A stretch of 64,000 bases of DNA from an uncultured bacterium (GTDB lineage: Bacteria; Hydrothermota; Tepidihabitantia; Tepidihabitantales; DTDR01), in the NCBI GenBank assembly GCA_964505415.1, contig CAZDHW010000002.1, positions 45,226 to 109,225 of the forward strand, written 5' to 3'. Every line of letters begins with the position of its first letter. Within the stretch, counting starts at the first letter, position 1. The position numbers and the translations under genes are program-made. This document shows, piece by piece, positions 38,286 through 48,996 of this stretch. Below the pieces are notes generated by a model that saw only the letters and a list, made by a program, of their open reading frames with translations, ran no database searches and had not been told where the DNA came from.

Positions 38286-40139
38286 ATGAAAATATTGGAT
38301 TTATTTAATGATGAAAGGATAGTTGCTGCTAATCTAAATGGAAAGTTAGTTGATTTGTCTTTGGAAATAGACGAAAAAGATAAAGATAAAGTTAAACCAG
38401 TGTATTTTGATAGTGAAGAAGGAAGGAGTATTTTTTGGCATTCCAGTGCTCACCTTTTAGCTCACGCAGTGAAATTACTTTTCCCCTCCGTAAAATTGGG
38501 AATTGGACCAGCAATTGAGGATGGTTTTTATTATGACTTTTATAAAGAACCGCCTTTTTCTCAAGAAGATTTTTCGTTAATTGAAAAAAAGATGAAAGAA
38601 TTAGTTGATTTAGATTTAACTATTGAACATCTTTATTTATCAAGGGAAGAGGCAATTGAATATTTTAAAAAAAAGGGTGAAGATTTTAAATTGGAGATTT
38701 TAAATGAAATTCCTGACGAAAAAGTTTCAGTATATAAACAAGGAGATTTTATTGATCTCTGTTTAGGTCCCCATTTGCCTCGGACAGGGATGATTAAAGC
38801 TTTTAAACTTTTGAGTGTTGCCGGAGCTTATTGGAAAGGCGATGAGGGAAATCCTATGTTATCAAGAATTTATGGCGTTTCTTTTCCAACGGAAGAGGAA
38901 TTAAAAAATCATTTAAGTTTTTTAGAAGAAGCCAAAAAACGGGATCATCGGAAGTTAGGTACTTTTTTAGAGATTTTTTCTTTTTTCGAAGAAGCTGGAA
39001 GTGGTTTGGTCTATTGGCTTCCTAAGGGAGCAATTTTAAGGAGAATTATTGAAAATTATTGGATTGAAAAACACTTGGAAAAAGGTTATCAATTAGTTTA
39101 CACACCCCACATTGCTCGGGAAGCTTTATGGGATATTTCGGGTCATACTAAATATTATAAAGAAAATATGTATTTTATTTCTGGCGAAAATGAAAATTAT
39201 ATTTTAAAACCAATGAATTGTCCTGGCCACATTTTAATATATAAATCAAAAATTAGAAGTTATAAAGATTTACCTTTAAGAATTTGTGAATTAGGTACGG
39301 TTTATCGCCAAGAAAGGAGTGGAGTTTTATACGGTACTTTAAGAGTAAGAGGATTTACTCAGGATGATGCTCATATTTTTGTTACTCCGGAAACGGTAGA
39401 AGACGAAATTGTGGATATTTTAAAATTTTCTTTAGAAATATTGAAAGACTTTGGTTTTCAGGAGTTTAGCTTTGAACTTTCTTTGCGTTCCTTATCAGAA
39501 AAAGAAAAATATATGGGAAACGAAAAAGAATGGGAAATGGCTGAAAAATCACTGATAAATGCTTTAAGAAGATTAAATCTGGATTATAAAGAAGCTTATG
39601 GAGAAGCTACTTTTTACGGACCCAAGATTGATTTGAAATTACAAGGTTTCTTGAAAAAAGAGCAAGCCACCACAATTCAATTTGATTTCAATCTTCCCAA
39701 AAGGTTCCATGTTACTTATATGGGAAAAGATGGTTTTCGTCACGAAACTATAATTATTCATCGAACAATTCTTGGTTCCTTGGAAAGATTTATTGGGATA
39801 TTGATTGAATATTATGGTGGTGCTTTCCCTGTTTGGCTTTCACCAATACAAGTAATAATAATGACCATCACCGAAAAAGAAATTCCTTATGCCCAAAGGA
39901 TTTGTGAAAAATTAAGAAATGAAAAGTTTAGAGTTGAAAGTGATTTTCGTTCAGAAAAAATCAACTATAAAATTGCTGAAAGTGAAAGGATGAAAATCCC
40001 TTATATGATAATTATTGGAAAAAAAGAAGTTGAAGAAAATTGTATTAGTGTTCGAAAAAGAAGAGAAGGTGATTTGGGAAAGATGGGTTTAGATAATTTG
40101 GTTAAAATGATAAGAGAAGATATTGAAAAAAGGAGGTAA
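38286..40139 (+). CDS. thrS: threonine--tRNA ligase
   Basis: 617 aa with class II aaRS motifs, an editing-domain HxxxH (HSSAHLLAH) and a C-terminal anticodon-binding domain. Confidence 0.95.
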   Translation: MKILDLFNDERIVAANLNGKLVDLSLEIDEKDKDKVKPVYFDSEEGRSIFWHSSAHLLAHAVKLLFPSVKLGIGPAIEDGFYYDFYKEPPFSQEDFSLIEKKMKELVDLDLTIEHLYLSREEAIEYFKKKGEDFKLEILNEIPDEKVSVYKQGDFIDLCLGPHLPRTGMIKAFKLLSVAGAYWKGDEGNPMLSRIYGVSFPTEEELKNHLSFLEEAKKRDHRKLGTFLEIFSFFEEAGSGLVYWLPKGAILRRIIENYWIEKHLEKGYQLVYTPHIAREALWDISGHTKYYKENMYFISGENENYILKPMNCPGHILIYKSKIRSYKDLPLRICELGTVYRQERSGVLYGTLRVRGFTQDDAHIFVTPETVEDEIVDILKFSLEILKDFGFQEFSFELSLRSLSEKEKYMGNEKEWEMAEKSLINALRRLNLDYKEAYGEATFYGPKIDLKLQGFLKKEQATTIQFDFNLPKRFHVTYMGKDGFRHETIIIHRTILGSLERFIGILIEYYGGAFPVWLSPIQVIIMTITEKEIPYAQRICEKLRNEKFRVESDFRSEKINYKIAESERMKIPYMIIIGKKEVEENCISVRKRREGDLGKMGLDNLVKMIREDIEKRR

Positions 40140-40142
40140 TTT

Positions 40143-40712
40143 ATTACCAATAAGCACTGGCGAATTAACGAACAGATAAAAGCACCGATGGTAAGAGTGA
40201 TTGATGAAACTAAAAAAAATTTAGGAATTATGCCGACGAAAGAAGCCTTGCGATTGGCTCGGGAAAAAAATTTAGATTTGGTAGAAGTTGTGCCTTATGC
40301 TTCGCCACCAGTTTGTTATATTGTTGATTATGGTCGATTTAAATATGAACAGCAACAAAAAGAAAAAGAATTAAAAAAGAAACAGCAAACTTCGGTTTTG
40401 AAAGAAATCCGCCTTTCACCCAAAATAAATGAGCATGATTACCAAACAAAGTTAAATCAAATTAAAGAATTTTTAGCAGCTAAACAACGAGTAAGAGTAA
40501 CTTTAATAATGAGGGGCCGAGAGGCTATTCATAAAGAGTTAGCTTTAAATCTAATGGAAAGGATTATTAAAGATATCGAGGATTTTGGTTATTTAGAAGG
40601 TAAACCAAAGTTTTTGGGTGAAAGTAGCAATGCAATTCAATTGACATTTTTACCAGGTAAAAAAACTGTTAAAAAAGAAGAGGAGAACAAAAATGGCGTT
40701 AAAAACCCATAA
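40143..40712 (+). CDS. infC: translation initiation factor IF-3, probable non-canonical AUU start
   Basis: IF3 homology begins upstream of the first ATG (40188): ...RINEQIKAPMVRVIDE... aligns with E. coli RINGEIRAQEVRL. The frame opens right after the thrS TAA. An in-frame ATT at 40143 (or 40140) sits 6-9 nt after an AGGAGG at 40131-40136. Confidence 0.8.
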   Translation: MTNKHWRINEQIKAPMVRVIDETKKNLGIMPTKEALRLAREKNLDLVEVVPYASPPVCYIVDYGRFKYEQQQKEKELKKKQQTSVLKEIRLSPKINEHDYQTKLNQIKEFLAAKQRVRVTLIMRGREAIHKELALNLMERIIKDIEDFGYLEGKPKFLGESSNAIQLTFLPGKKTVKKEEENKNGVKNP

Positions 40713-40887
40713 AGGTTTAAAGAAAAGAATTAAAGTTACTGCTAAAGGTAAGATTTTGCATTGGCGCGCAGGTAAATCTCATTTACTGGCTAAAAAATCC
40801 AAAAAGCGAAAAAGGAGACTCTCTTTGAAAAAAGAGTTTAGTAAAAAAGATGTGAAAAGAATCAAAAAGCTGCTACCTAAAATTTAA
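40693..40887 (+). CDS. rpmI: 50S ribosomal protein L35
   Basis: 64 aa, highly basic (KGLKKRIKVTAKGKILHWRAGKSHLLAKKS). Preceded by AGGAG. Confidence 0.85.
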   Translation: MALKTHKGLKKRIKVTAKGKILHWRAGKSHLLAKKSKKRKRRLSLKKEFSKKDVKRIKKLLPKI

Positions 40888-40898
40888 AGGAGGATTTT

Positions 40899-41255
40899 AT
40901 GCCAAGAGTAAAAACCGGACCTTATACGAGAAAAAGAAGAAAAAAATGGTTAGAATATGCTAAAGGTTACTGGGGAGGAAAACATCGTCTTTATAAGACC
41001 GCTCGGTTACAAGTAATGAAAGCTTGGCTTTCTGCCTATCGGGAAAGAAAAAGAAAAAAGAGAGTTTTTCGTCGTTTATGGATTACTCGTTTAAATGCGG
41101 CTTTAAGACCTTATGGAATAACCTATTCTAAATTTATTAATGGTTTAAAATTAGCTAATATTGTTCTTAATCGTAAAATCCTCTCCGAAATGGCAATTAA
41201 TAACCCGCAAGAGTTTGAGAAGATTGTTGAATTAGTAAAAGCTAAATTGAATTGA
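40899..41255 (+). CDS. rplT: 50S ribosomal protein L20
   Basis: MPRVKTGPYTRKRRKKWLEYAKGYWGGKHRLYKTAR. Preceded by AAGGAGG. Confidence 0.95.
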   Translation: MPRVKTGPYTRKRRKKWLEYAKGYWGGKHRLYKTARLQVMKAWLSAYRERKRKKRVFRRLWITRLNAALRPYGITYSKFINGLKLANIVLNRKILSEMAINNPQEFEKIVELVKAKLN

Positions 41256-42256
41256 TTGAAAAATTAGAAAAAATTATTGAGCAGGCAAAAGCAGAAGCGG
41301 AGTTAATAAAAAATTTAATTGATTTAGAAAATTTTCGAATTAGATATCTTGGTCGAAAGGGAGAATTAACCACTTTTTTAAGAAGTTTAAAAAATTTACC
41401 TTTGGAAGAAAGAAAAATTATCGGCAAGAAAGCTAATGAATTTAAAGAATATTTAGAAAGAATAATTGAAGAGAAGAGGCAGATTTTAAAAGAAGAAAAA
41501 AAAGAAATTTTTTTTGATTATACTCTACCCGGAAGAAAATTTTGGCTCGGTCATAAACATCCTTTAACCCAAGTAATGGAAGAATGTCTTGATATTTTAA
41601 TAAAAATGGGTTTTAAAGAAGAACAGGGACCGGAGATAGAAGATGAATGGCACAATTTTACAGCTTTAAATATTCCTTCTTTACATCCAGCAAGAGATAT
41701 GTTTTCTACTTTTTATTTACCCGATGGTCGGTTACTAAGAAGCCATACTTCACCGGTTCAAATTCGAGTTATGGAAAGAGAAACTCCACCGATAAGAATT
41801 GTTGCTCCGGGAAGAGTGTTTCGTCCTGATGATTTTGACGCTTCCCATTCGCCAGTTTTTCATCAAATTGAAGGTTTGTATGTAGATACTGATGTTACTT
41901 TTTTAGACCTGAAAGCTACTATTGAAGAATTTTGCCGCTTACTTTTTGATAAAAAAGTGATAATAAAATTTACTCCTTCCTATTTCCCCTTTACCGAACC
42001 AAGCGCTGAAGTCGCCATTTCTTGTCTGAAATGTTTAGGAAAAGGATGTGAACGTTGTCGGAATAGAGGATTTTTAGAAATTTTAGGTTGCGGAATGGTT
42101 CATCCTCAAGTTTTGAAAAATGTAAATATTAATCCAGAAATTTATAGCGGCTTTGCCTTCGGTTTAGGTGTTGAAAGATTAGCAATGATAAAATTTCAAA
42201 TAGATGATATTCGACTTTTTTATCAAAATGATATTCGTTTTTTATCTCAGTTTTAA
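41252..42256 (+). CDS. pheS: phenylalanine--tRNA ligase alpha subunit
   Basis: Class II motifs (FRPDDFDASHSPVFHQIEG; GFAFGLGVERLAM). TTG start overlaps the rplT TGA (TTGA). Confidence 0.9.
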   Translation: MIEKLEKIIEQAKAEAELIKNLIDLENFRIRYLGRKGELTTFLRSLKNLPLEERKIIGKKANEFKEYLERIIEEKRQILKEEKKEIFFDYTLPGRKFWLGHKHPLTQVMEECLDILIKMGFKEEQGPEIEDEWHNFTALNIPSLHPARDMFSTFYLPDGRLLRSHTSPVQIRVMERETPPIRIVAPGRVFRPDDFDASHSPVFHQIEGLYVDTDVTFLDLKATIEEFCRLLFDKKVIIKFTPSYFPFTEPSAEVAISCLKCLGKGCERCRNRGFLEILGCGMVHPQVLKNVNINPEIYSGFAFGLGVERLAMIKFQIDDIRLFYQNDIRFLSQF

Positions 42257-43131
42257 AGTCCGTAAATTGTCTTTTTAATAAACTGAGCATCTTTCCGCCA
42301 ATTTTCTTTTACTCTTACCCAAAGTTCTAAATACACTTCTTTTCCTAAAAAAGCCTCAATTCTTTTTCTAGCCATTGTACCCAATTTTTTTAATGCCTTT
42401 CCATCTTTACCGATGATAATCTTTTTTTGTGAAGGCTTTTCGACATAGATAGTGGCGCGGATATAATCTTTGCCGCCTTCTCTTTCCTTAAACTCTTCTA
42501 CTTCTACTGTAGTACAATAAGGTATTTCTTCACCATAAAGATTGAAAATTGCTTCTCTTATAAACTCACTAACAAAAAAACGTTCGTTTTTCTCACTAAT
42601 CATGTCGGTTTCGTAATAAGGATCGCCTTCTTTTAGGTGTTTTACAATTCCTTCTTTTAATTCTTCAATTCCCATGTTTTTTAACGCTGAAATCGGATAA
42701 ATTTCCGAAAATCCCATTTGATTGTAAGTGTCAATTAAAGGTAAAATGAAATCTTTTTTTACTAAATCAATCTTGTTAATGACGATTAATGTGGGTTTAT
42801 TTTTTTCTTTAATTTTACTAATAATTTCATTTTCTAAATCATCAGGTGGGCCAAAAGGTTCGCAGACAAAAAGTACTATATCTGATGACTCTAAACTTTC
42901 ATCAATCTCTTTGGTCATAAATTCATGAAGTAAATATTTGGGTTTTAGAAGCCCCGGAGTATCAAGGAAAATAATTTGGTAATCATTTTCGGAAAGAATT
43001 CCTAGAATTTTATGGCGCGTTGTTTGGGGTTTTGGCGAAACAATTGAGATGGGTGTGTTTAGTAAACGGTTTAATAATAAAGATTTCCCAACATTTGGTT
43101 TTCCCAATATTCCGCAATAGCCAACTTTCAT
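42253..43131 (-). CDS. era: GTPase Era
   Basis: G1 motif GKPNVGKS, G3 DTPG and a C-terminal KH domain. Confidence 0.95.
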   Translation of the reverse strand: MKVGYCGILGKPNVGKSLLLNRLLNTPISIVSPKPQTTRHKILGILSENDYQIIFLDTPGLLKPKYLLHEFMTKEIDESLESSDIVLFVCEPFGPPDDLENEIISKIKEKNKPTLIVINKIDLVKKDFILPLIDTYNQMGFSEIYPISALKNMGIEELKEGIVKHLKEGDPYYETDMISEKNERFFVSEFIREAIFNLYGEEIPYCTTVEVEEFKEREGGKDYIRATIYVEKPSQKKIIIGKDGKALKKLGTMARKRIEAFLGKEVYLELWVRVKENWRKDAQFIKKTIYGL

Positions 43132-44069
43132 AAATTAGTTCCCATTTTTCTAAACTTTTCGATTCTTTCTTTTAAAATTGTTTCTTTATCTTTCTTTAAC
43201 AATTCTTCCAAATTTCTCAAAATTGCTTCTTTTAAAATTTTAGCAGCTTCTTCCCAATTTTGATGAGCACCGCCTAACGGTTCTCTAACAATTTCATCAA
43301 TAATTCCAAATTGTAAAAGCTCATAAGCGGTTAATCTTAACATTTCGGCTGCTTTTTCGGCTTTAGAGCCGTCTCGCCACAAAATAGAAGCACAACCTTC
43401 TGGGGAAATAACTGAATAAATAGCATTTTCCATCATTAATACTCGATTGCCAATAGCAATTGCTAAAGCACCTCCTGAACCACCTTCTCCAATGATCACT
43501 ACCACAATAGGAACACTTAACAATGACATTTCTTTAATATTTTCAGCAATTGCCCATGCTTGGCCTCTTTCTTCAGCACCGATGCCAGGAAAAGCTCCTG
43601 GGGTATCGACAAAACTAATTATTGGTAAATTAAATTTTTCAGCTAATTTCATTACTCTTAAGGCTTTCCGGTAGCCCTCAGGATGAGGCATGCCGAAATT
43701 CCTTTTTAATTTTTCTTTTATTTCCCGTCCTTTTTGCTGACCAATGATGACACAATTAATTTCTTCTATTTTTCCTAAACCAGCGACTATCGCTGGGTCA
43801 TCACCATATCGGCGATCACCATGAAGTTCAATAAAATCTTCAGTAATTCTATCGATGTAATCTAAACTATAAGGTCTTTGGGGATGTCGAGCTAAAAGAA
43901 CCCGCTGCCAAGGAGTAAGTTTTTCAAAAATCTTTTTCTTGGTTTTCAATAAAGCAATTTCTAATTTTTTAATCTTATCTTCCTTACCAAGCTTTTTAGC
44001 TTCTTCAATTTTTTCGGTTAATTTCAAGATTGGTTTTTCAAAATCTAAATATTCTTTATATTCTTTCAT
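43128..44069 (-). CDS. accA: acetyl-CoA carboxylase carboxyltransferase subunit alpha
   Basis: 313 aa with [37 protein letters not shown]...[11 protein letters not shown]. Confidence 0.95.
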   Translation of the reverse strand: MKEYKEYLDFEKPILKLTEKIEEAKKLGKEDKIKKLEIALLKTKKKIFEKLTPWQRVLLARHPQRPYSLDYIDRITEDFIELHGDRRYGDDPAIVAGLGKIEEINCVIIGQQKGREIKEKLKRNFGMPHPEGYRKALRVMKLAEKFNLPIISFVDTPGAFPGIGAEERGQAWAIAENIKEMSLLSVPIVVVIIGEGGSGGALAIAIGNRVLMMENAIYSVISPEGCASILWRDGSKAEKAAEMLRLTAYELLQFGIIDEIVREPLGGAHQNWEEAAKILKEAILRNLEELLKKDKETILKERIEKFRKMGTNL

Positions 44070-44902
44070 TTTTCCAGTGCTAATCCAAAATGATGAGCCG
44101 GGGGGAGATTTTTAATAATTTGATAATTATAAGAAAATTTTAAAAAACCCTTCGCTAAAGAGAAACCAATATTGAAGGTTTGATTATAGAAATTATAACC
44201 ACTACGAATTTTTAAAAAAGCCTCATAGACTAATTCAATGCCGACCTTAAAATAATTTTCTTTTTCTCTTAAATTTCTGGTGATTTCAAAATAATTATTT
44301 AAAAATTTAATAAAAGATAGTTTAACACCAAAATTAAAATTATTAGGTGGATAAAAATTTTGACGAAGATAATGTAACGGCAAAGAAAGATTAGTAAAAC
44401 TAGTATTCAAAGTTAAAAATTTTATTGGTCGATAATCAAAACCTAGATCAAAACCAACAGTATAATCGCAATAAGTAAACAGAGAAGCGTAATAAAATTT
44501 TGGAGAAAAGCCAATTTTAAGTCCGTCTTTAATTTTTTTTGACAATAAAAATGAAAAAATAAAATCTTGGGGATTATAATAGCCTAAAAAATCATCGGCT
44601 GGTAAATTATCTCGGTTTTCAATATTGCCGTAATTAAAACTTAAAATTTCTATTCCGTAATTAATAAATTTACTTTTACGCCCCAAAAAAATAAAAAATT
44701 GGGTGGCAGAAAGGGGATAGACACTATAATTACTTTCCAAAAAGAAATCTTGATAATCTCCGTATTTTGCTGGATTGTGATTTAAACCTCCTAAAGAAGT
44801 TTCTTCTAAATTTACTCCATTATTTAAAAAAGTAAAGGCAAAAAGAAAATTGAAAGAAAGAATTTTAAATTTCAATAATTTCCACATTGGCTCTCGGAAC
44901 AA
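44066..44902 (-). CDS. putative outer-membrane beta-barrel protein (hypothetical; PorP/SprF- or PorQ-like is speculative)
   Basis: Signal-like N-terminus, alternating aromatic/hydrophilic pattern, Tyr/Phe-rich. Start may be the internal Met (MWKLL). Confidence 0.4.
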   Translation of the reverse strand: MFREPMWKLLKFKILSFNFLFAFTFLNNGVNLEETSLGGLNHNPAKYGDYQDFFLESNYSVYPLSATQFFIFLGRKSKFINYGIEILSFNYGNIENRDNLPADDFLGYYNPQDFIFSFLLSKKIKDGLKIGFSPKFYYASLFTYCDYTVGFDLGFDYRPIKFLTLNTSFTNLSLPLHYLRQNFYPPNNFNFGVKLSFIKFLNNYFEITRNLREKENYFKVGIELVYEAFLKIRSGYNFYNQTFNIGFSLAKGFLKFSYNYQIIKNLPPAHHFGLALEK

Positions 44903-45992
44903 TTACTCTTCTTTTATCTTCTAACTCTATTTCTACTACCCGAACATAAGATTCAGTCTCAATTTTTTGCAATTCTACTGGCAAAGAAATAACCTTACCA
45001 ATCATTCCAAAATATGGTTCACGAATTATTCTCACAGGAGTACCAATTTCTAATCCTTGAGAATATTTGAAATCACTTTCGAGATTTTTACTCATATTTT
45101 CTTTTCTAACTACAATTACTTCTGGTCTAATAACTCCCGCTCTTATTTGGGTGGCACCATTCATAGAAGCGATTTTCCCTTCCAAAGAAGATAACAAAGA
45201 AAAAGTTCGCTCGGCCATTTTCATTCTGCCGAAGCCTTCAGTAATTACCAAAGTTAAGTTGCAATTTTCTTGGCCGGTAATTGCTACACCGATATCATAA
45301 CCTAAAAAATCTTTAATGGTTTCGTCTTTGATACCCCCAACTACAATTCCTTTAACACCTATTTCTCTCGCTTTATTTAATGCTTCTAAGGTTACTAATG
45401 AACCACCGATTAAAATTTTCCCTTTACAATCGTCATCAATTTCTTTATCAGTTAAAACCTCGTTAGGATTATCACAAACCACCTTAAGAATTCCTCTGGT
45501 TTCGCCGCCGATACCAAATATTCCTTGAACCAAGCTGGCATAAGTTTCAATTATTACCCCTTCTTTTTCAATGATTTCTTTTACTACCCCATCAATGTAG
45601 GCAGTAATCTGTACCGGTTGGGGAGGTTCTCTAATTATTACCTGGCCAGTAATTTCCGAAATACTTTCAATTTTCCCTTTTACCGGGCTTCTCACATACG
45701 ATTTGAAAAGACCAAAGAAACTTTTAGTAAAGGCAATTACTTCATCTTTTTCCACATCTTCGCCTTCTTTTTTTACCATTACTTCCTTAATATCCTCTGG
45801 AGGAATATTTAACAAACCAGCAACATTAACAGTTTGAACATTACCCGGAAGATAAGTTTTAGCAACGATATCTTCACCTTTTACTTCCTCACCAATTTTC
45901 ACTAAAATTTCTCCTGGTAAGGGTAACCTTCTTTCTTTTCTGATTAAGGTATATTCAGTTACCTTTAGTCCCGGGATATAAGCATGCGCCAT
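44865..45992 (-). CDS. conserved hypothetical cytoplasmic protein (375 aa) with N-terminal barrel-sandwich-hybrid-like segment, Gly-rich Rossmann-like core and C-terminal KOW-like motif
   Basis: Intact ORF. Motifs GIFGIGGETRGILKV and GKILIGGSLVTLEALNKAREIGVKGIVVGG. C-terminal GTPVRIIREPYFGMIGKV. I could not assign a family. Confidence 0.5.
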   Translation of the reverse strand: MAHAYIPGLKVTEYTLIRKERRLPLPGEILVKIGEEVKGEDIVAKTYLPGNVQTVNVAGLLNIPPEDIKEVMVKKEGEDVEKDEVIAFTKSFFGLFKSYVRSPVKGKIESISEITGQVIIREPPQPVQITAYIDGVVKEIIEKEGVIIETYASLVQGIFGIGGETRGILKVVCDNPNEVLTDKEIDDDCKGKILIGGSLVTLEALNKAREIGVKGIVVGGIKDETIKDFLGYDIGVAITGQENCNLTLVITEGFGRMKMAERTFSLLSSLEGKIASMNGATQIRAGVIRPEVIVVRKENMSKNLESDFKYSQGLEIGTPVRIIREPYFGMIGKVISLPVELQKIETESYVRVVEIELEDKRRVIVPRANVEIIEI

Positions 45993-46055
45993 ATAATAAA
46001 AATAACAAATTTCTGAAAAAAGTCAAAAAGAAATAAGATAGTTTTAAAACAACTT

Positions 46056-47033
46056 TTAAATTATTTTTACTCCAAAATCTCCTTTAATTGTTTCACCAAT
46101 TATTTTACAATTTTTAATCGCTTCTATTATTTTGCTATTTTTTTTAACAATTAAAACCATGCCGATTCCCATATTAAAAACCCGATACATTTCTTTTTCC
46201 GGAATTTTTCCGTATTTCTGGATTATTTTGAATATCTTTGGTATTTGCCAACTATTTTTTTTAATAATAACTGATATTCCTTTTGGTAAAATCCTTTTTA
46301 TATTTTCATAAAAACCGCCACCAGTAATATGAGCAATACCTTTTATTTCTTTTAAATAGGGAAATATATCTTTTAAATAACTTTTATGAGGTATCAAAAG
46401 TTCGTCGCCAAGTGTTCTTTTTAAACCTTTTATTTTTATATTATATTTTTTGAAAATCTTTCTTACCAAAGAATAACCATTAGTATGAAGTCCTGATGAA
46501 GGAAGTCCCAAAAGGATATCACCTTCTTTTATTTTTTTACCATCAATAATATCTTCCTTTTCACAAACACCGATAATAAAACCAACTAGATCATAGACCC
46601 CTTTCGGGTAAAAATCAGGCATTTGAGCAAGTTCCCCGCCAACTAAAGCTAAATAGTTTTCTTTACAAGCCTTTCTTATGCCGGTAATTACTTCCTTAAT
46701 AACTTTTTCGGGAATGTCACTAAAGGCAATATAATCCAAAAAAAATAAAGGCTTAGCGCCGGTGGTTAAAATATCATTTACACAATGGTTTACTATATCT
46801 TGACCAATACCTTCATGCTTATTCATCTCCTTAGCAATCAAAATTTTTGTTCCCACGCCATCCACACTTCCAACTAATACCGGTTTTTTATAACCTTTTA
46901 ACTCAAAAAGAGAGCCAAAAAGTCCAATATCCGATAGAACAAAATGGGTCTTTGTTTTTTTAGCTTCTTTTTTAATGAATTTTTTTATTAGTGAAAGTCT
47001 ATTAATATCAACGCCGGCTTCTTTATATAACAT
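46056..47033 (-). CDS. purM: phosphoribosylformylglycinamidine cyclo-ligase
   Basis: 325 aa with VLVGSVDGVGTKILIA and the AIR synthase-related N and C domains. Confidence 0.95.
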   Translation of the reverse strand: MLYKEAGVDINRLSLIKKFIKKEAKKTKTHFVLSDIGLFGSLFELKGYKKPVLVGSVDGVGTKILIAKEMNKHEGIGQDIVNHCVNDILTTGAKPLFFLDYIAFSDIPEKVIKEVITGIRKACKENYLALVGGELAQMPDFYPKGVYDLVGFIIGVCEKEDIIDGKKIKEGDILLGLPSSGLHTNGYSLVRKIFKKYNIKIKGLKRTLGDELLIPHKSYLKDIFPYLKEIKGIAHITGGGFYENIKRILPKGISVIIKKNSWQIPKIFKIIQKYGKIPEKEMYRVFNMGIGMVLIVKKNSKIIEAIKNCKIIGETIKGDFGVKII

Positions 47034-48772
47034 CAGCCATTTTTTCTTTCTCTGATACTTTTTAAAAATTTTATAACCTTATTGAAATCCCAAGCATTAA
47101 CCACATCTTCTTTTTCTAACCAACCTCTTCTTGCTATTCCAATACCAAATTTCATCCATTCTAAATCTTTTACTCCGTGGGCGTCAGTATTAATTGCAAT
47201 TTTTATTCCCAAGCTTTTAGCTTTTCTTAAATGGAGTTCGTCTAAATCTAGTCTATCCGGATAGGCATTTAATTCCATTATTTTATTATATTTTTGAGCA
47301 TATTCCAGAACCTTTTCAATATCTACTTCATAACCTTCTCTTTTTGATATTAATCTTCCTTGGGGATGGGCAATAATATGAACATAAGGATTTTTAATAG
47401 CTTCAATTAATCTTTCGGTAACCTTCTTTTTAAATCCTTGATGGACAGCAGCAACTACCACATCGCATTCTTTTAAAATTTCATCAGAAAAATCTAAGCC
47501 GCCATCAGGTAGGATATCCACTTCTATCCCTTTAAGAATTTTTATATCTTTATATTTCTTAGAAAGGCGATCAATTTCTTCCCACTGTTTTTTTAATCTT
47601 TCTTCATCTAACCCGTGAGCATATTTAGCAAATTTTGAATGGTCAGTAATAGCGATATATTGATAACCCAGCTTCCGACAGGCATTTACCATTGTTTCCA
47701 AATCATCTAATCCGTCGGAATAAGTAGTATGAATTTGAAAATCTCCCTTGATATCTTTTAATTCGATTAATTTTGGCAATTCACCTTTTTGAGCAGCTTC
47801 AATTTCTCCTCGGTCTTCTCTTAATTCTGGAGGGATCCAAACCAAGCCAATTGCCTTATATACCTCTTCTTCGGTTCTGCCGGCAATCATTTTTTCTCCT
47901 TTGAAAACACCGTATTCGGATATTTTTAAACCTTTTTCTTTAGCAATGCTTCTTAATTTGATATTATGGGCTTTAGAGCCAGTAAAATATTGTAAAGCTG
48001 CGCCGTAAGACTCTTCCGGAACAATTCGGATATCTACCTGTCGTGCCTCTTTGCCACTGCCAATCATTACTGAGGCTTTCGTATCGCCAGCAGCTAATAC
48101 CCGCGAAACCTTTGGATATTTAGTAAAATATTCAATAATATCTAAACGGTCTTCATCTTTACAAGTAATTAAAATATCAATATCACCAATTGTTTCTTTA
48201 TACCTTCTTAAAGAGCCTGAAGGGCAGATTTCTTTTACTTTCGGATTTTTCTTTAAATATTCAACCACTTCTTCAGCAATTGCTAAAGCTTCATTAAGGG
48301 GAATTCTCGCCTGTGATTGTTCATAAAGTTCAATACCTTTTTTAATATTTTCTACTTTCTTAGGACCCATTCCGAAAAGTCTTGCCAATGAGCCATTTTC
48401 AATAACCCTTTTTAAATCGTCTAAATTTTTGACTCCTAATTCCTTATGAGCAAGCGCCAAGGTTTTGGGTCCAAGATTTTGAATTGATAAAAGTTCTAAA
48501 AGTCCCTCAGGAATTCCAGCTAAAGCCTCTTCATATTTTTTCATCCTGCCGGTCTCTAGATATTCAATAATTTTCTTCTCAATCCCTTCACCAATACCGG
48601 GAATTTCTCTCAATTTTCCTTTTTTATAAAGTTCTTCTACATCCTCAGTCAATTCTTCTAATACTCTCGCTGCTTTGCGATAGGCTATTACTCGATATTG
48701 TAATTCTCCTTTATATTCTAAAGCATCAGCAATGGTATTGAAAATCTTTGCCAATTCTTTATTTTTGCTCAT
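47033..48772 (-). CDS. polX: DNA polymerase X family protein with C-terminal PHP phosphoesterase domain
   Basis: N-terminal pol-beta-like HhH region (IPGIGEGIEKKI, GDIDIL) and a C-terminal PHP domain (QIHTTYSDG...ITDH). Confidence 0.9.
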   Translation of the reverse strand: MSKNKELAKIFNTIADALEYKGELQYRVIAYRKAARVLEELTEDVEELYKKGKLREIPGIGEGIEKKIIEYLETGRMKKYEEALAGIPEGLLELLSIQNLGPKTLALAHKELGVKNLDDLKRVIENGSLARLFGMGPKKVENIKKGIELYEQSQARIPLNEALAIAEEVVEYLKKNPKVKEICPSGSLRRYKETIGDIDILITCKDEDRLDIIEYFTKYPKVSRVLAAGDTKASVMIGSGKEARQVDIRIVPEESYGAALQYFTGSKAHNIKLRSIAKEKGLKISEYGVFKGEKMIAGRTEEEVYKAIGLVWIPPELREDRGEIEAAQKGELPKLIELKDIKGDFQIHTTYSDGLDDLETMVNACRKLGYQYIAITDHSKFAKYAHGLDEERLKKQWEEIDRLSKKYKDIKILKGIEVDILPDGGLDFSDEILKECDVVVAAVHQGFKKKVTERLIEAIKNPYVHIIAHPQGRLISKREGYEVDIEKVLEYAQKYNKIMELNAYPDRLDLDELHLRKAKSLGIKIAINTDAHGVKDLEWMKFGIGIARRGWLEKEDVVNAWDFNKVIKFLKSIRERKNG

Positions 48773-48983
48773 AACATTCCCATTGGTTATTAGGCAATTT
48801 TATTATTTTATAATACTTATTATTACAGAAACAGATAAAAACGGTTTTTCTTTCTCGTGTTTTATAATCTTCCTTAATTTCTTTGTAAAGAATTTTTTCA
48901 ATTAAAAACTCTTTATTATTAATAACGATTGCTCTTGGTCTTTCCTCTCCTTTATAGCCACAATAAATTTTAACTTCCAGCAT
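48759..48983 (-). CDS. small hypothetical protein (74 aa) overlapping polX start
   Basis: ORF only. Cys-containing (CGY...CFC...WEC) with a 14-nt overlap with polX. May be spurious. Confidence 0.3.
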   Translation of the reverse strand: MLEVKIYCGYKGEERPRAIVINNKEFLIEKILYKEIKEDYKTRERKTVFICFCNNKYYKIIKLPNNQWECYEQK

Positions 48984-48996
48984 TAATTGTTATCTT

